A DNA stretch of 64,000 nucleotides from Acetobacteraceae bacterium (GCA_965218045.1 CBDCJX010000007.1:63075-127074); one strand, 5' to 3'; shown: positions 50,355-60,737, counted from the stretch's first letter. Numbers and translations: made by a program. The notes: generated by a model from the letters alone, not told the origin.

Positions 50355-52454
50355 ATGGAGGTTACCGTGCCCGGCACGCCACTAAACACGATCCGCAATA
50401 TCGGCATCACCGCGCATATCGACGCGGGCAAAACCACCACGACCGAGCGCATCCTATATTACACCGGGGTTTCGCACCGGATCGGCGAGGTGCACGAGGG
50501 CAACACCACCACCGATTACATGGAGCAGGAGCGGGAGCGGGGAATCACCATCACCTCCGCCGCGGTGACGTGCGAGTGGAAGAACCATCGCATCAACATC
50601 ATCGATACGCCCGGCCATATCGACTTCAACATCGAGGTGAACCGCAGCCTGCGCGTGCTGGATGGCGCGGTGTTCATCATCGAGGGCGTCGCCGGCGTGC
50701 AGCCGCAGTCGGAGACCAACTGGCGTCTGGCCGACCGCTACAATGTCCCGCGCATCATCTTCATCAACAAGCTCGACCGCACCGGCGCCGATTTCTTCCG
50801 CGCCTTCGATACGCTGAAGGAGAAGCTCGACATCGTGGCGCTGCCGTTGCAGTTGCCGATCGGCATCGAGGACACGTTCATCGGCGTGGTCGACCTGGTC
50901 GAGATGAAGGCGATCGTCTGGGAGGGCGGCGAGCTCGGCGCGAAGTATCACGATGAGCCGATCCCCGAGAACCTGATGGAGCAGGCCAAGGAATACCGCC
51001 AGCTCCTGCTCGACACCGCGCTTTCGGTCGACGACGCCGGGATGGAGGAGTATTTCGACAAGGGCGACGTCGAGGTCGCGACTCTCAAGCGCGCGATCAA
51101 GACCGGCACGATCAGCGGCGCCTTCCGCCCCGTGCTGTGTGGCACGGCGTTCAAGAACAAGGGCGTGCAACCGCTGCTCGACGCGGTGCTCGACTACCTG
51201 CCGAGCCCGGTCGACGTGCCCGGCATCAAGGTCGCCGCCGAGGAGGGCGAGGAAGAGCACGTGAATGACGACCGGCGCGTGATCCCGGCCAATCCCAGCG
51301 CGCCGTTCGCCGGCCTGGCGTTCAAGATCATCAACGACAAGTACGGCACCCTGACCTTCGTGCGCGTCTACGCCGGCACGTTGAAATCGGGTGACACGGT
51401 GATGAACACGACCAAGGAGCACCGCGAGCGCATCGGCCGGATGTTCCAGATGCACGCCGACAAGCGGGCCGAGATCAAGGAGGTCCATGCCGGCGACATC
51501 GCCGCCTTCGTCGGCCTCAAGGATACCGGCACCGGCGACACGCTGGCCTCCGCCGAGGATCCGGTGATTCTGGAGCGCATGGCGTTTCCGGTGCCGGTGA
51601 TCGATATCTCGGTGGAGCCGCGCACCAAGGAGAGCGTCGAGAAGATGACGCTCGGCTTGCAGAAGCTGGCCGGCGAAGATCCCTCCCTACGGCTCCGCAC
51701 CGACCAGGAGAGCGGCCAGACCATCCTGTCCGGCATGGGCGAGCTGCACCTGGAGATCATCATCGACCGGCTGCGTCGCGAATACGCGGTCGAGGCAAAC
51801 ATCGGTGCGCCGCAGGTGGCGTATCGCGAGACGATCAGCCGGAACTACACCGAGACCTACACCCACAAGAAGCAGAGCGGCGGCTCGGGCCAGTACGCCG
51901 AGGTGAAGATCGTGTTCGAGCCGCTGGAACGCAACGCCGGCATCGTGTTCGAGAACAAGGTGGTCGGCGGCACGGTGCCCAAGGAGTACATCCCGGCGGT
52001 CGAAAAAGGCATCCGCACCCAGGCGGACACCGGCGTGCTGGCCGGCTTCCCGACGGTGGACTTCAAGTACACCTTGATCGACGGCAAGTACCATGATGTC
52101 GATTCGAGCGCGTTGGCCTTCGAGATCGCCGCCAAGGCGGCGTTCCGCGAGGGCATGAAGCAGGCGGCGCCGATCATCCTGGAGCCGATCATGGACGTCG
52201 AGGTGACCACGCCGCAGGACCATGTCGGCGACGTGGTGGGCGACCTCAACCGGCGGCGCGGCATGATCCAGAACCAGGAGAGCTCGGGCTCGACCGTGAT
52301 CGTCCGCGCGCATGTCCCGCTGAAGGAGATGTTCGGTTACATCTCCGATCTGCGCAGCATGACCAAAGGCCGCGCCTCTTTCACCATGCAGTTCCACCAT
52401 TACGACCCGGTGCCGCGCAACATCGCCGACGAGATCATGGCCAAGAGCGCATGA
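50355..52454 (+). CDS. elongation factor G paralog (translational GTPase)
   Basis: G motifs [14 protein letters not shown] and NKLD, plus EF-G domains II-V. About 695 aa. An alternative GTG start at 50367 has a GGAGG RBS. It is not in an rpsL-rpsG-fusA-tuf context. Confidence 0.88.
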   Translation: MEVTVPGTPLNTIRNIGITAHIDAGKTTTTERILYYTGVSHRIGEVHEGNTTTDYMEQERERGITITSAAVTCEWKNHRINIIDTPGHIDFNIEVNRSLRVLDGAVFIIEGVAGVQPQSETNWRLADRYNVPRIIFINKLDRTGADFFRAFDTLKEKLDIVALPLQLPIGIEDTFIGVVDLVEMKAIVWEGGELGAKYHDEPIPENLMEQAKEYRQLLLDTALSVDDAGMEEYFDKGDVEVATLKRAIKTGTISGAFRPVLCGTAFKNKGVQPLLDAVLDYLPSPVDVPGIKVAAEEGEEEHVNDDRRVIPANPSAPFAGLAFKIINDKYGTLTFVRVYAGTLKSGDTVMNTTKEHRERIGRMFQMHADKRAEIKEVHAGDIAAFVGLKDTGTGDTLASAEDPVILERMAFPVPVIDISVEPRTKESVEKMTLGLQKLAGEDPSLRLRTDQESGQTILSGMGELHLEIIIDRLRREYAVEANIGAPQVAYRETISRNYTETYTHKKQSGGSGQYAEVKIVFEPLERNAGIVFENKVVGGTVPKEYIPAVEKGIRTQADTGVLAGFPTVDFKYTLIDGKYHDVDSSALAFEIAAKAAFREGMKQAAPIILEPIMDVEVTTPQDHVGDVVGDLNRRRGMIQNQESSGSTVIVRAHVPLKEMFGYISDLRSMTKGRASFTMQFHHYDPVPRNIADEIMAKSA

Positions 52455-52513
52455 CGCTCCGGCTCGCAGCAGGGGGCGGCTGACTCACGGCTGGGGCGGC
52501 GCTGCACCTGGTC

Positions 52514-53059
52514 GTGCCCGCCCCGGCGCTGCTCGACGGCTACGTTGCCGCGCTGACGGCGGGTTGGTCGCCCAACACCACACGGGACGTTCACACCGAG
52601 CAACTCGCCGCCATCGCGCGGGACGCGTCCGGCTTCCTTGCCCAGTTGCGCGGCGAGGGTTCTGGAACGGTCAGGCTCGCCGACGGCAGCGAGGTGCCTC
52701 GCTTGCCGGGACACGTGCGGTGGCTGTGGGATGGCGCGTTCTGCGGCTCGATCAACCTACGTTACCAGCCGGGCACCGAGGCGCTGCCATCGGGTGTTTC
52801 CGGGCACATCGGCTACGCCGTGGTGCCGTGGAAACGCCGGCGCGGCTACGCCACACGTGCGCTCGCCCTGATGCTGCCGATCGCCCGCGAAGCCGGGCTC
52901 GCTCGCGTTCTGCTGACCTGCGACGCCGACAATCTCGCCTCGATCCGGGTGATCGAGGCCAACGGCGGCATGGCGGCCGGCGAGGAAGCGAACCCGGACC
53001 GACCGGGGGTTGCCAAGCTGCGCTTCTGGCTTGCCACCGGCGTCGCGGCCACCGCTTGA
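52514..53059 (+). CDS. GNAT family N-acetyltransferase
   Basis: GYAVVPWKRRRGYATRALALML (acetyl-CoA binding R-x-x-G-x-A) and ASIRVIEANGG. The start is uncertain; GTG 52514 is the first start codon after an in-frame TGA. Confidence 0.72.
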   Translation: MPAPALLDGYVAALTAGWSPNTTRDVHTEQLAAIARDASGFLAQLRGEGSGTVRLADGSEVPRLPGHVRWLWDGAFCGSINLRYQPGTEALPSGVSGHIGYAVVPWKRRRGYATRALALMLPIAREAGLARVLLTCDADNLASIRVIEANGGMAAGEEANPDRPGVAKLRFWLATGVAATA

Positions 53060-53117
53060 CGGTGCTTGGCAGAGGACGCCAGCATCGCCGTCAAACAGGC
53101 GTCGATCCGGGGGGACC

Positions 53118-54344
53118 ATGCGAGCCAGCGTCGACCGTATCCTGACTAGCCACGCGGGAAGCCTGCCGCGACCCGACGCGCTGATCGAGGCCAACCGGCT
53201 GCGTGCCGGCGGCGGCGGGGACGAGGCGGCGTTCCAGTCGCAGTTATGCGACGCCGTGGCCGAGGTCGTGCGGCGTCAGGCAGCACTCGGGATCGACCTG
53301 CCGGGCGACGGCGAGTTCGGCAAGGCGATGGGCTCGCGCGTCAACTACGGCGCGTGGTGGAGCTACTCGTTCCAGCGTCTCGGTGGCCTGGAACTGTCCG
53401 GTCCTGGGCTCTACGACTTCCCGGCGCAGCGGTCCGCTCCCGGACAGATCGTCCTCACCAGCTTCGGCGATCGGCGCGACCGCACGCGCTTCACCGCCGC
53501 CTACAACGATCCCGAGTCCGGCATCACCACAGGCCCGCGCGCGAACAACTGGCCGGTCTGCACGGGCAAGCTGACCTATACCGGGCAGGCGGCGATTCAG
53601 GCCGACATCGCCAACTTCAAGGCTGCACTGGCGGCGGCGGGGGTCGAGGAGGGGTTCATGACCTCGGTGGCGCCGGGCAGCGCCTCACGGATCGGCAACG
53701 AATACTACAAGACCGAGGACGAGTTCCTGTTCGCCTGCGCCGACGCGATGCGCGAGGAATATGTGGCGATCATCGATGCCGGCTTGATTCTGCAACTCGA
53801 CGATCCCTCGATCGCCGAGAACTGGGATCAGGTGAACCCCGAGCCGACAGTCGACGACTACCGCAAATTTTCCATGCGCCGGGTCGAGGCGTTGAACCAC
53901 GCGATACGCGGCCTGCCCGAGGACCGCATCCGCTTCCACCTATGCTGGGGCAGCTGGCACGGGCCGCACACCACCGACATCCCGCTGCGCGACATCGTCG
54001 ACGTGATGCTGGCGATCAACTGCCAAGCCTACTCGTTCGAGGCGGGCAATGTTCGCCATGAACACGAGTGGAGCGTCTGGCAGGACGTCAAACTGCCCCC
54101 TGGCAAGCTGATCCTGCCTGGCGTGGTCAGCCACGCAACCAATGTGGTCGAGCATCCCGAGCTTGTCGCCGAGCGTATCATGCGCTTCGCGGGTGTGGTT
54201 GGCCGCGAGCGGGTGATCGCCGCCACCGATTGCGGGCTTGGCGGCCGGGTGCATCCGGACATCGCATGGGCCAAGCTCGACGCCCTGGCGCGCGGCGCCG
54301 AACTGGCGAGCCGCCGACTCTGGCAACGCGCATCCGCCGCCTGA
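53118..54344 (+). CDS. cobalamin-independent methionine synthase (MetE C-terminal-like, Meth_synt_2) family protein
   Basis: ATG 53118 within ORF 53010... RILTSHAGSLPRP, GEFGK, HLCWGSWHGPH and SHATNVVEHPELVAERI are typical of the family. Confidence 0.68.
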   Translation: MRASVDRILTSHAGSLPRPDALIEANRLRAGGGGDEAAFQSQLCDAVAEVVRRQAALGIDLPGDGEFGKAMGSRVNYGAWWSYSFQRLGGLELSGPGLYDFPAQRSAPGQIVLTSFGDRRDRTRFTAAYNDPESGITTGPRANNWPVCTGKLTYTGQAAIQADIANFKAALAAAGVEEGFMTSVAPGSASRIGNEYYKTEDEFLFACADAMREEYVAIIDAGLILQLDDPSIAENWDQVNPEPTVDDYRKFSMRRVEALNHAIRGLPEDRIRFHLCWGSWHGPHTTDIPLRDIVDVMLAINCQAYSFEAGNVRHEHEWSVWQDVKLPPGKLILPGVVSHATNVVEHPELVAERIMRFAGVVGRERVIAATDCGLGGRVHPDIAWAKLDALARGAELASRRLWQRASAA

Positions 54345-54376
54345 TCCACCCGAACCGCGCCGCGGACCAGCGGTTC

Positions 54377-54844
54377 ATGCGGCGCGCGATCACCCTGGCG
54401 CGCCAGGGTGGCGTGAAATCGGGCGCCAATCCGATCGGCTGCGTGATCGTGCGCGACGGCGAGATCATCGGCGAGGGACACAACGAGGTCGACTTGCTGC
54501 ACGACCCGACTGCGCACGCCGAGATCGTCTCGATGCGGCGCGCCGGTGCGCAATTGCGCCAGTCGGAGTTTCGCGGCGCGACGCTCTATTCGACGTTGCA
54601 GCCGTGCGGCATGTGTACCATGGCCTCGATCTGGGCGAAGATCGGCCGCATCGTCTACGGCGCCGAACGCCACCAGGTGCATGAGATGTATTTTGAGGAC
54701 CGCCATCTCGACACGATGGATTTCATCAAGGACGCGTTCCGCGAGGATTTGTCGGTCACCGGCGGCGTGCTCGCCGAGGAGTGCGCCGCGCTCTACGTCG
54801 GCCCGGACGAGGCGGTGCCCGAGGGCGAGCAGTACAACCGCTGA
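54377..54844 (+). CDS. nucleoside/guanine deaminase (CMP/dCMP deaminase zinc-binding family)
   Basis: ATG 54377 within ORF 54068... Zinc motifs HAE (TAHAEIV) and PCGMC. Confidence 0.82.
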   Translation: MRRAITLARQGGVKSGANPIGCVIVRDGEIIGEGHNEVDLLHDPTAHAEIVSMRRAGAQLRQSEFRGATLYSTLQPCGMCTMASIWAKIGRIVYGAERHQVHEMYFEDRHLDTMDFIKDAFREDLSVTGGVLAEECAALYVGPDEAVPEGEQYNR

Positions 54845-54851
54845 GGGCGGC

Positions 54852-55841
54852 CTACTTCTCGTTTGGCCGCACGACCACCGTGCCCACCTTGCTTCCGGCT
54901 TCCACCGCCTCATGCGCCGCGGCGGTCTCGGCGAGGGCGAACTCGGCCGCCACCGAAAGGATGCGTGGGCCGCCGCGCAGCCAGGCGGTGATGTCGGATT
55001 GCGCGCGGCGTCGGGCGTCGTGCGGCGAGCCGGGCAGCGACATGGCGTGCAGCGCGATGTTGCGGCCCATCAGCTCGCGTATCGGCACCGCGGGGAAGCG
55101 GTCGCCGTTGCTCGCATAAACGGCGATGCTGCCGTTGGCGCGCACACTCGCCAGCGTCGCCTTCATGTTGCCGCCGAAATCGACGTCGACCACGTGATCG
55201 ACACCAGCGCCACCGGTCAGCTCGGCAATGCGCGCGGCCACGTCCTCGCGGCGATAATTGATAACCTCCGCACCGCCCGCGCGAGCGCGCGTCGCCTTCT
55301 CCTCCGAACTCACCGTCGCGATCACCCGCGCGCCCGCCCACGCCGCAAGCTGCACCGCATAGTGGCCAACCGCACCAGCCCCGCCCGTCACCAGCAAGGT
55401 GCGTCCCTGCACCGGGCCGGCAAGGAAGACGCAGCGATGCGCCGTCATGCAGGGGATCCCGAGGGTGGCACCTTCGGCGAAGGAAACGTCGTCGGGCAGC
55501 GCGGTCAGCAGGTCGACATCAAGGGAAATGTATTCCGCCGCCGTGCCCATCCAGCGACCGTTGCGCTGGCCGTTGTAGAGCCACGCCCGCTTGCCGACCC
55601 AGTGCGTTGCAACCTCCGGCCCGACCGCCTCCACCACGCCGGCGCCATCGCTGTGGGTGACGATGCGCGGATACGGCATCGGCGAGGTGGCGCCGCTGCG
55701 CCAATAGGTGTCGGCGGGGTTCACCCCTGAGGCCATCAGCCGCACCAGCGCCTCGCCGCGCGCGGGCGTTGGCGTGGGTAGTTCCCCGGCCTCAAGCACC
55801 TCTCGCGCCGGCCCCTGCCGGTCGTACCAGATCGCGCGCAA
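54852..55841 (-). CDS. NADPH:quinone reductase-like medium-chain dehydrogenase (zeta-crystallin type)
   Basis: 329 aa. GVNPAD near the N-terminus and LLVTGGAGAVGHYAVQLA nucleotide fold. No catalytic zinc Cys ligands are evident. Confidence 0.78.
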   Translation of the reverse strand: MRAIWYDRQGPAREVLEAGELPTPTPARGEALVRLMASGVNPADTYWRSGATSPMPYPRIVTHSDGAGVVEAVGPEVATHWVGKRAWLYNGQRNGRWMGTAAEYISLDVDLLTALPDDVSFAEGATLGIPCMTAHRCVFLAGPVQGRTLLVTGGAGAVGHYAVQLAAWAGARVIATVSSEEKATRARAGGAEVINYRREDVAARIAELTGGAGVDHVVDVDFGGNMKATLASVRANGSIAVYASNGDRFPAVPIRELMGRNIALHAMSLPGSPHDARRRAQSDITAWLRGGPRILSVAAEFALAETAAAHEAVEAGSKVGTVVVRPNEK

Positions 55842-55851
55842 AGCGGCCTCC

Positions 55852-56883
55852 TCAGCGTGACGGGTCGATCAGGACTTTGGCATGCGGGTTGGGCCGGCGC
55901 AGCGTCTCGAACAGCTCGGGCACCTGATCGAGGCCGATCACCGTCGAGACGAACGCCGCCGCGTCGATGCGGCCCCCCGCCATCAGGTCGAGCACCAGGG
56001 CGAAATCATCGCGGACGTAGCCCAACGCGAATTGCAGCAAGAGTTCCTTGCGGATGCCGACGCGCGGCAGGATCGTGTCCTCGTTGCGGTTCACGCCCAC
56101 CACGACGATGCGTCCGCGCAACGCCGCCAGTGCCAGACACTCGCCGATCAGCCCCGGAGCGCCCACGCACTCGAACACCACGTTTGGCGCGCCGCCGGCA
56201 GCCGCCGCGAAAGCCGGGCCCAGCGCCTCGCTTGTCGGGTCGAACAATGCGGTCGCGCCGACATTCACCGCCCGCTCGCGGCGTGTCGGGTCGATCTCGC
56301 TGACCCCGACACAGCCCGCGCCAGCGAACTGGGCGAAGGCACAGACCGCCAGGCCGATCGGCCCGGCGCCGATCACCAGCACGCGCGCGCCGAACAGCGA
56401 CCCCGCGAGACGCACTGCGTGGGCGCCGACCGCCAGCGGCTCGGTCAACGCGGCATCCTTGAGACTGATGTTTTCCGGCACGCGCAGCGCTTGCTTGGCG
56501 CCGAGCTTGACGTATTCGGCGTAACCCCCCGGCGCTTCCGGTGCCAGGCCAATGATCCGGGTGCGGCCGCACAGAATGCCGAGCCCGTCGCGGCACTCGC
56601 CGAGCGGACGACACTCCTCGCAGGGCAGCAGCGGCACGCCGATCACCCGATCGCCCGGCCGCCATTCCGGCGCGGCCGATTCGATCACCTCGCCGGAAAA
56701 CTCATGGCCGAGCACCGTGCCGGCGGGCAACGGGATGCGGCCCGGCTCGGTGGCGTGCAGGTCGGAGCCGCAGATGCCGGCAAAGGCGACCTTGAGGATG
56801 AGGTCGCCGGGCTCGGCCACCGGGCGCTGCCGGTCCTCGATCGCCAGCGTCTGACCAACGCCTCGGAATACCGCTGCCCGCAT
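55852..56883 (-). CDS. zinc-binding alcohol dehydrogenase family protein
   Basis: GICGSDLH, GHEFSGEV, a structural-zinc Cys cluster (CEECRPLGEC) and VLVIGAGPIGL. Confidence 0.85.
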   Translation of the reverse strand: MRAAVFRGVGQTLAIEDRQRPVAEPGDLILKVAFAGICGSDLHATEPGRIPLPAGTVLGHEFSGEVIESAAPEWRPGDRVIGVPLLPCEECRPLGECRDGLGILCGRTRIIGLAPEAPGGYAEYVKLGAKQALRVPENISLKDAALTEPLAVGAHAVRLAGSLFGARVLVIGAGPIGLAVCAFAQFAGAGCVGVSEIDPTRRERAVNVGATALFDPTSEALGPAFAAAAGGAPNVVFECVGAPGLIGECLALAALRGRIVVVGVNRNEDTILPRVGIRKELLLQFALGYVRDDFALVLDLMAGGRIDAAAFVSTVIGLDQVPELFETLRRPNPHAKVLIDPSR

Positions 56884-57669
56884 TTACATCATGCTCTGCA
56901 TGTCGGCGTCGACACTGAGCGCCTGGCCACTGATCGTCGCGCCGAACGGGCTCGCCAGATAAAGCGCCATGTTGGCGATGTCCTGCTGCGTGACGAAGCA
57001 ACGCAGGCTGGTGACAGCGACGGTGCGCTCGGTCATCTCGTTCTCCGAGATGCCGGCGGCCTCGGCTTTGGCGCGGATCACGGCGCGGATGCGTGGCCCG
57101 TCGACCGGGCCGGGCAGGATGCAGTTCACCCGCACGCCGATCGCGCCGAGCTCAATCGACAGGGTTTTGGTAAACCCGACGACGCCCCATTTCGCCGCCG
57201 CGTACGGCGCGCGTAGCGGAAAGCCGAACCGGCCGGCCGCCGAGCTCAGATTGATGATGCTGCCGCCACCCGCCGCGCGCAGCGCCGGGATCGCCTTGCG
57301 CGCGCAGTGGAACATCGACGCCAGATCGACGCGCAACGTCGTATCCAGCGCGTCGGGCTCGATCTGCTCCACCGGCGCGGTCGGCCCGGCGATGCCGGCG
57401 TTGTTGACCAGCACGTCGAGCCCGCCGTGATGCGCGACGGCGGCGTCGACGAACGCCTCCATCTCGGCGGTGCTGCCCGCGTCGGCGCGTTTGCCCGGCA
57501 AGCCGCACGCGGCGAGTGCCGCCTCGTCGATATCGGAGACGTACACCTCGGCGCCACAAGCGGCGAAGCTGCTGGCCATCACCCGGCCGATGCCGTTCGC
57601 CCCGGCGGTGATCGCGACGCGCATTCCGGTCAGACCGACGGGCAGCGGTGTAGTTGCACCTGTTACCAT
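56884..57669 (-). CDS. SDR family oxidoreductase
   Basis: ITAGANGIGR, NNAG and YAAAK motifs. Its stop abuts the start of the next gene. Confidence 0.85.
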   Translation of the reverse strand: MVTGATTPLPVGLTGMRVAITAGANGIGRVMASSFAACGAEVYVSDIDEAALAACGLPGKRADAGSTAEMEAFVDAAVAHHGGLDVLVNNAGIAGPTAPVEQIEPDALDTTLRVDLASMFHCARKAIPALRAAGGGSIINLSSAAGRFGFPLRAPYAAAKWGVVGFTKTLSIELGAIGVRVNCILPGPVDGPRIRAVIRAKAEAAGISENEMTERTVAVTSLRCFVTQQDIANMALYLASPFGATISGQALSVDADMQSMM

Positions 57670-57673
57670 CGGC

Positions 57674-58636
57674 TCAGCCGAGCCCGCGCAGGAAGTCGAT
57701 CAGCGCGGCATTCACCGCGTCAGGCCGCTCCTGCTGAATCCAGTGACCGGCGCCTTCGACCAGGATCGTGCCGCGCAGGTCGGTGACGTGTTCCGGCATC
57801 GCCTGCAACGCCGGGCCGGAGAATCTCGGGTGCATGACCACGTCATTGCTGCCGGCGATGAACAGGGCGGGCTGGCGGACCCTGGCACCCTGGAACGGCG
57901 CGGTGAGTGCCCAGTTGCGGTCGATGTTGCGGTAGTAGTTCAGCCCGCCGCGAAAGCCGCTGCGGCTGAAATTCTCCGCCATGACCGCGACATCGGCCTC
58001 GGTCAGCCAGTCGGGCAAGCGCTCGGGGCGCGGCACAAGGGACAGAAAACCGCTCTCCGGCACCATCAGCGGCACGTCCGACTTGCCGATCGGCCCCAAG
58101 GTCGCGGCACCCAGGACGCGGCGGAACGTGTCGGCCGGATCGCGCTCGAATTCGGCTTCGGCGACGCCGGGTTCCTGGAAATATTGCTGGTAGAACCGGG
58201 TGATGCCGGCGGCGCGCATCGCCTGCAACGGCGGCGCCGGACCGCGCGCGCGGAACGGCACGCTAAGCGCGGCGACGGCGCGAAACAGATCGGGCCGCAT
58301 CTGCGCCGCACCCCAGGCGATCGGCGCGCCCCAGTCGTGGCCGACGATCACCGCCTGCGTCTCGCCCAAAGCGGCAACCAGCCCGACCATGTCGCCGATC
58401 AGGTGCATGATCGTGTAGTCGGCGACATCCGGCGGCGCGTCGCTCCGCCCGTAGCCGCGCATGTCGGGTGCCACGGCGTGAAAGCCCGCATTGGCCAGGG
58501 CCGGCAGTTGATGGCGCCAGGAATAGCCCAGCTCCGGCCAGCCGTGACAGAGCAGGACCAGCTTGCCTTTGCCCTGCTCGGTGATGTGCAGGGTGATGCC
58601 GTTCGTTTCGATAAGTCGCTGCGTCGCGCCCGCCAT
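57674..58636 (-). CDS. alpha/beta hydrolase (epoxide hydrolase/haloalkane dehalogenase-like)
   Basis: VLLCHGWPE (HGXP oxyanion motif), nucleophile GHDWGA, and C-terminal GAGHWIQQE. ATG 58636 with a GGAGG RBS is preferred over the ORF start at 58705. Confidence 0.8.
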   Translation of the reverse strand: MAGATQRLIETNGITLHITEQGKGKLVLLCHGWPELGYSWRHQLPALANAGFHAVAPDMRGYGRSDAPPDVADYTIMHLIGDMVGLVAALGETQAVIVGHDWGAPIAWGAAQMRPDLFRAVAALSVPFRARGPAPPLQAMRAAGITRFYQQYFQEPGVAEAEFERDPADTFRRVLGAATLGPIGKSDVPLMVPESGFLSLVPRPERLPDWLTEADVAVMAENFSRSGFRGGLNYYRNIDRNWALTAPFQGARVRQPALFIAGSNDVVMHPRFSGPALQAMPEHVTDLRGTILVEGAGHWIQQERPDAVNAALIDFLRGLG

Positions 58637-58722
58637 GCCCGCCTCCATCCTCGCGGTTACCCTGCCCGGTTGCGGGGGAGCAAGCAAACCTGTCTGATCG
58701 TTCACGATCAGGAGGGAACGCG

Positions 58723-59883
58723 ATGATGCATGAACCGATCGGCGCGGAGCCGTTCACCGTCGCGGTGCCCGACACCGTGCTGCAGGACCTGCGCGAGCGC
58801 CTGGCTCGCGCGCGGTTCCCCATCGAGGCCGCCGCGCCGAAGTGGCATTACGGCACCGATCTCGGCTATCTGCGCGAAATGGTGGCGTATTGGCGCGACC
58901 GGTACGACTGGCGCTTGGGTGAGGCGGCGATCAACCGCTTTCCGAACTACAAGGTGCCGATCAACGGCAAGCACTTGCATTTCATCGTCGAGCGCGGTTC
59001 GGGCCCCGATCCGCTGCCGCTGCTGCTCTCGCATGGCTGGCCCGGCTCGATCGTCGAGTTCCTCGATGTGATTGAACCGCTCGCGCATCCCGAGCGCTTC
59101 GGCGGCGACGCGCGCGACGGGTTCACCGTGGTCGCGCCCAGCCTGCCCGGCTACGGCTTCTCCGACCCGCCCGACGCGCCGATCACCACCCGCGACGTGG
59201 CGGCGACTTTCTACACGTTGATGACCGACGTGCTCGGCTGCGAACGGTTCGTCGCGCAAGGCGGCGACTGGGGCGCGATGATCACCTCCTGGCTGGCCCT
59301 CGATCATCCCGAAGGGCTCGTCGCGATCCATCTCAACATGGCGGGTTTGCGCCCGGCGTTCTCCGCCGATGACCTCGATGCGGACGAAAAGGCGTGGCTC
59401 GACGCGCAGGCGGCACGGAGCGCGCGGGAGACCGGATACCAGCTCATCCAGGCGACCAAGCCGCAGACCTTGAGCTACGGCCTGACCGACTCTCCCACTG
59501 GGCTCGCGGCGTGGATTCTGGAAAAATTCCACGGCTGGAGCATTCCGGGCGTGGACGCGCCGCCGCCGTTCGATCGCGACCGGCTGCTGACCAACATCAT
59601 GCTGTACTGGCTGGCCGGGCCGAACGCGGCGAGCTGGCTCTACTGCTCGCGCTTCGATCCCACCGTTCGCCAGGTGCCGCCCAACAAGCGGGTCGAGGTG
59701 CCCGTCGGGCTGCTGCTGATGCCCAACGATCTTGCCGTGCCGCCGCCATCGCGCTGGCTCGAACGCTCGTACAACGTCGTGCATCGGCGCGACGGCACCG
59801 ATGGCGGGCATTTTCCGGCGTTCGAGAAGCCGGACTTGTTCGTCGAGGAGGTGCGCGGCTTCTTTCGCGGTTTCCGCACCTGA
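58723..59883 (+). CDS. epoxide hydrolase (microsomal type, with EHN N-terminal domain)
   Basis: The N-terminal PFTVAVPDTVLQDLRERLARARFP is typical of the EHN domain. HGWPGS, the nucleophile GGDWGA, and C-terminal GGHFPAFE. Confidence 0.82.
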   Translation: MMHEPIGAEPFTVAVPDTVLQDLRERLARARFPIEAAAPKWHYGTDLGYLREMVAYWRDRYDWRLGEAAINRFPNYKVPINGKHLHFIVERGSGPDPLPLLLSHGWPGSIVEFLDVIEPLAHPERFGGDARDGFTVVAPSLPGYGFSDPPDAPITTRDVAATFYTLMTDVLGCERFVAQGGDWGAMITSWLALDHPEGLVAIHLNMAGLRPAFSADDLDADEKAWLDAQAARSARETGYQLIQATKPQTLSYGLTDSPTGLAAWILEKFHGWSIPGVDAPPPFDRDRLLTNIMLYWLAGPNAASWLYCSRFDPTVRQVPPNKRVEVPVGLLLMPNDLAVPPPSRWLERSYNVVHRRDGTDGGHFPAFEKPDLFVEEVRGFFRGFRT

Positions 59884-59896
59884 CTGGCGGCGCTGT

Positions 59897-60733
59897 TCAG
59901 GCCAAGGTCGCTTCGGCCGTCATGCACACGGCACCCGCATGGTCGCGCGTCTCCAGCCGGAGCTGGGCGCCTTGCTTTTGGCCGATCAGGTCGAGCCGGT
60001 TCTGGTGGAACGCCGGCCGCCGGCCACGGAAGGCGAAGCGGGCGATGCGCGACCCCGGACGATAGCGGCGCGCGAGATCGGCCAGCCAGGTTGCTTGCAG
60101 CGGCCCGTGCACGATGAGGCCGGGATAGCCCTCCTCGCGCGTGACGTAGTCGAGATCGTAGTGGATCCGATGACCGTTGGCGGTCAAAGCGGAGTAGCGA
60201 AACAGCAACACCGGGTCGGGCTGGACGGTGCGGACCAGCGCGTCGGCGCCGGGCGGGGGTGCGGGGTCGGCCGGGCGCACGGCAGCCCCCTCGGCGCCGC
60301 GATACACGATATCGTGCTCCTCACCGATGGCCGGACCGGCGGGACCCTCGATCACGTGACGCACGGTGACGAACACCAGCCGGCCGCTGCCGCCGGATTT
60401 TTCCTCGATCTTGAGGATCGTGCTGGTCCGTTGCACGGCATCGCCGGCGCGCAGCGGGGCGAGGAACTGAAGCCGGCCGCCGGCCCACATCCGCCGCGGC
60501 AGCTCGTGCACCGGCGGCAGGAAACCGCCCCGCTTCGGATGGCCGTCCGAGCCGAGACCGTGCGCCGGCGCCCATTCCTGGAACAGCATCCAGTGCCAGA
60601 GCGGCGGCAGCAGGCCGTCGGGCGCCACGTCCTCCTCGGCGAGGTCGAGCGTCGCCGCGAGACCGCGTATGACGGTGGGCCACACTGTGTCGGTCCGTGT
60701 CTCGGTCTTGCCAACGTATGATTGATAGTCCAC
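59897..60733 (-). CDS. MaoC/FAS1-like double hotdog-fold (enoyl-CoA/acyl) hydratase
   Basis: 278 aa with N- and C-terminal hotdog halves. The motif YSALTANGHRIHYD...A...GYPGLIVHGPL is typical of MaoC-like dehydratases. Confidence 0.68.
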   Translation of the reverse strand: MDYQSYVGKTETRTDTVWPTVIRGLAATLDLAEEDVAPDGLLPPLWHWMLFQEWAPAHGLGSDGHPKRGGFLPPVHELPRRMWAGGRLQFLAPLRAGDAVQRTSTILKIEEKSGGSGRLVFVTVRHVIEGPAGPAIGEEHDIVYRGAEGAAVRPADPAPPPGADALVRTVQPDPVLLFRYSALTANGHRIHYDLDYVTREEGYPGLIVHGPLQATWLADLARRYRPGSRIARFAFRGRRPAFHQNRLDLIGQKQGAQLRLETRDHAGAVCMTAEATLA

Positions 60734-60737
60734 CGCG

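Noticed and set aside
52481-52524. In-frame TGA followed by a hairpin with a GGUC-containing apical loop, considered as a possible selenocysteine codon plus SECIS (selD is in this window)
   Set aside because: There is no redox context around the TGA (GGG-U-LTAG), and no selA/selB/selC is visible. The hairpin is equally explained by start-codon occlusion, and GC-rich stems are common here. A nonsense mutation or mini-ORF stop is more parsimonious. It would only be revived if the genome encodes the Sec machinery and orthologs conserve TGA or Cys at this position.
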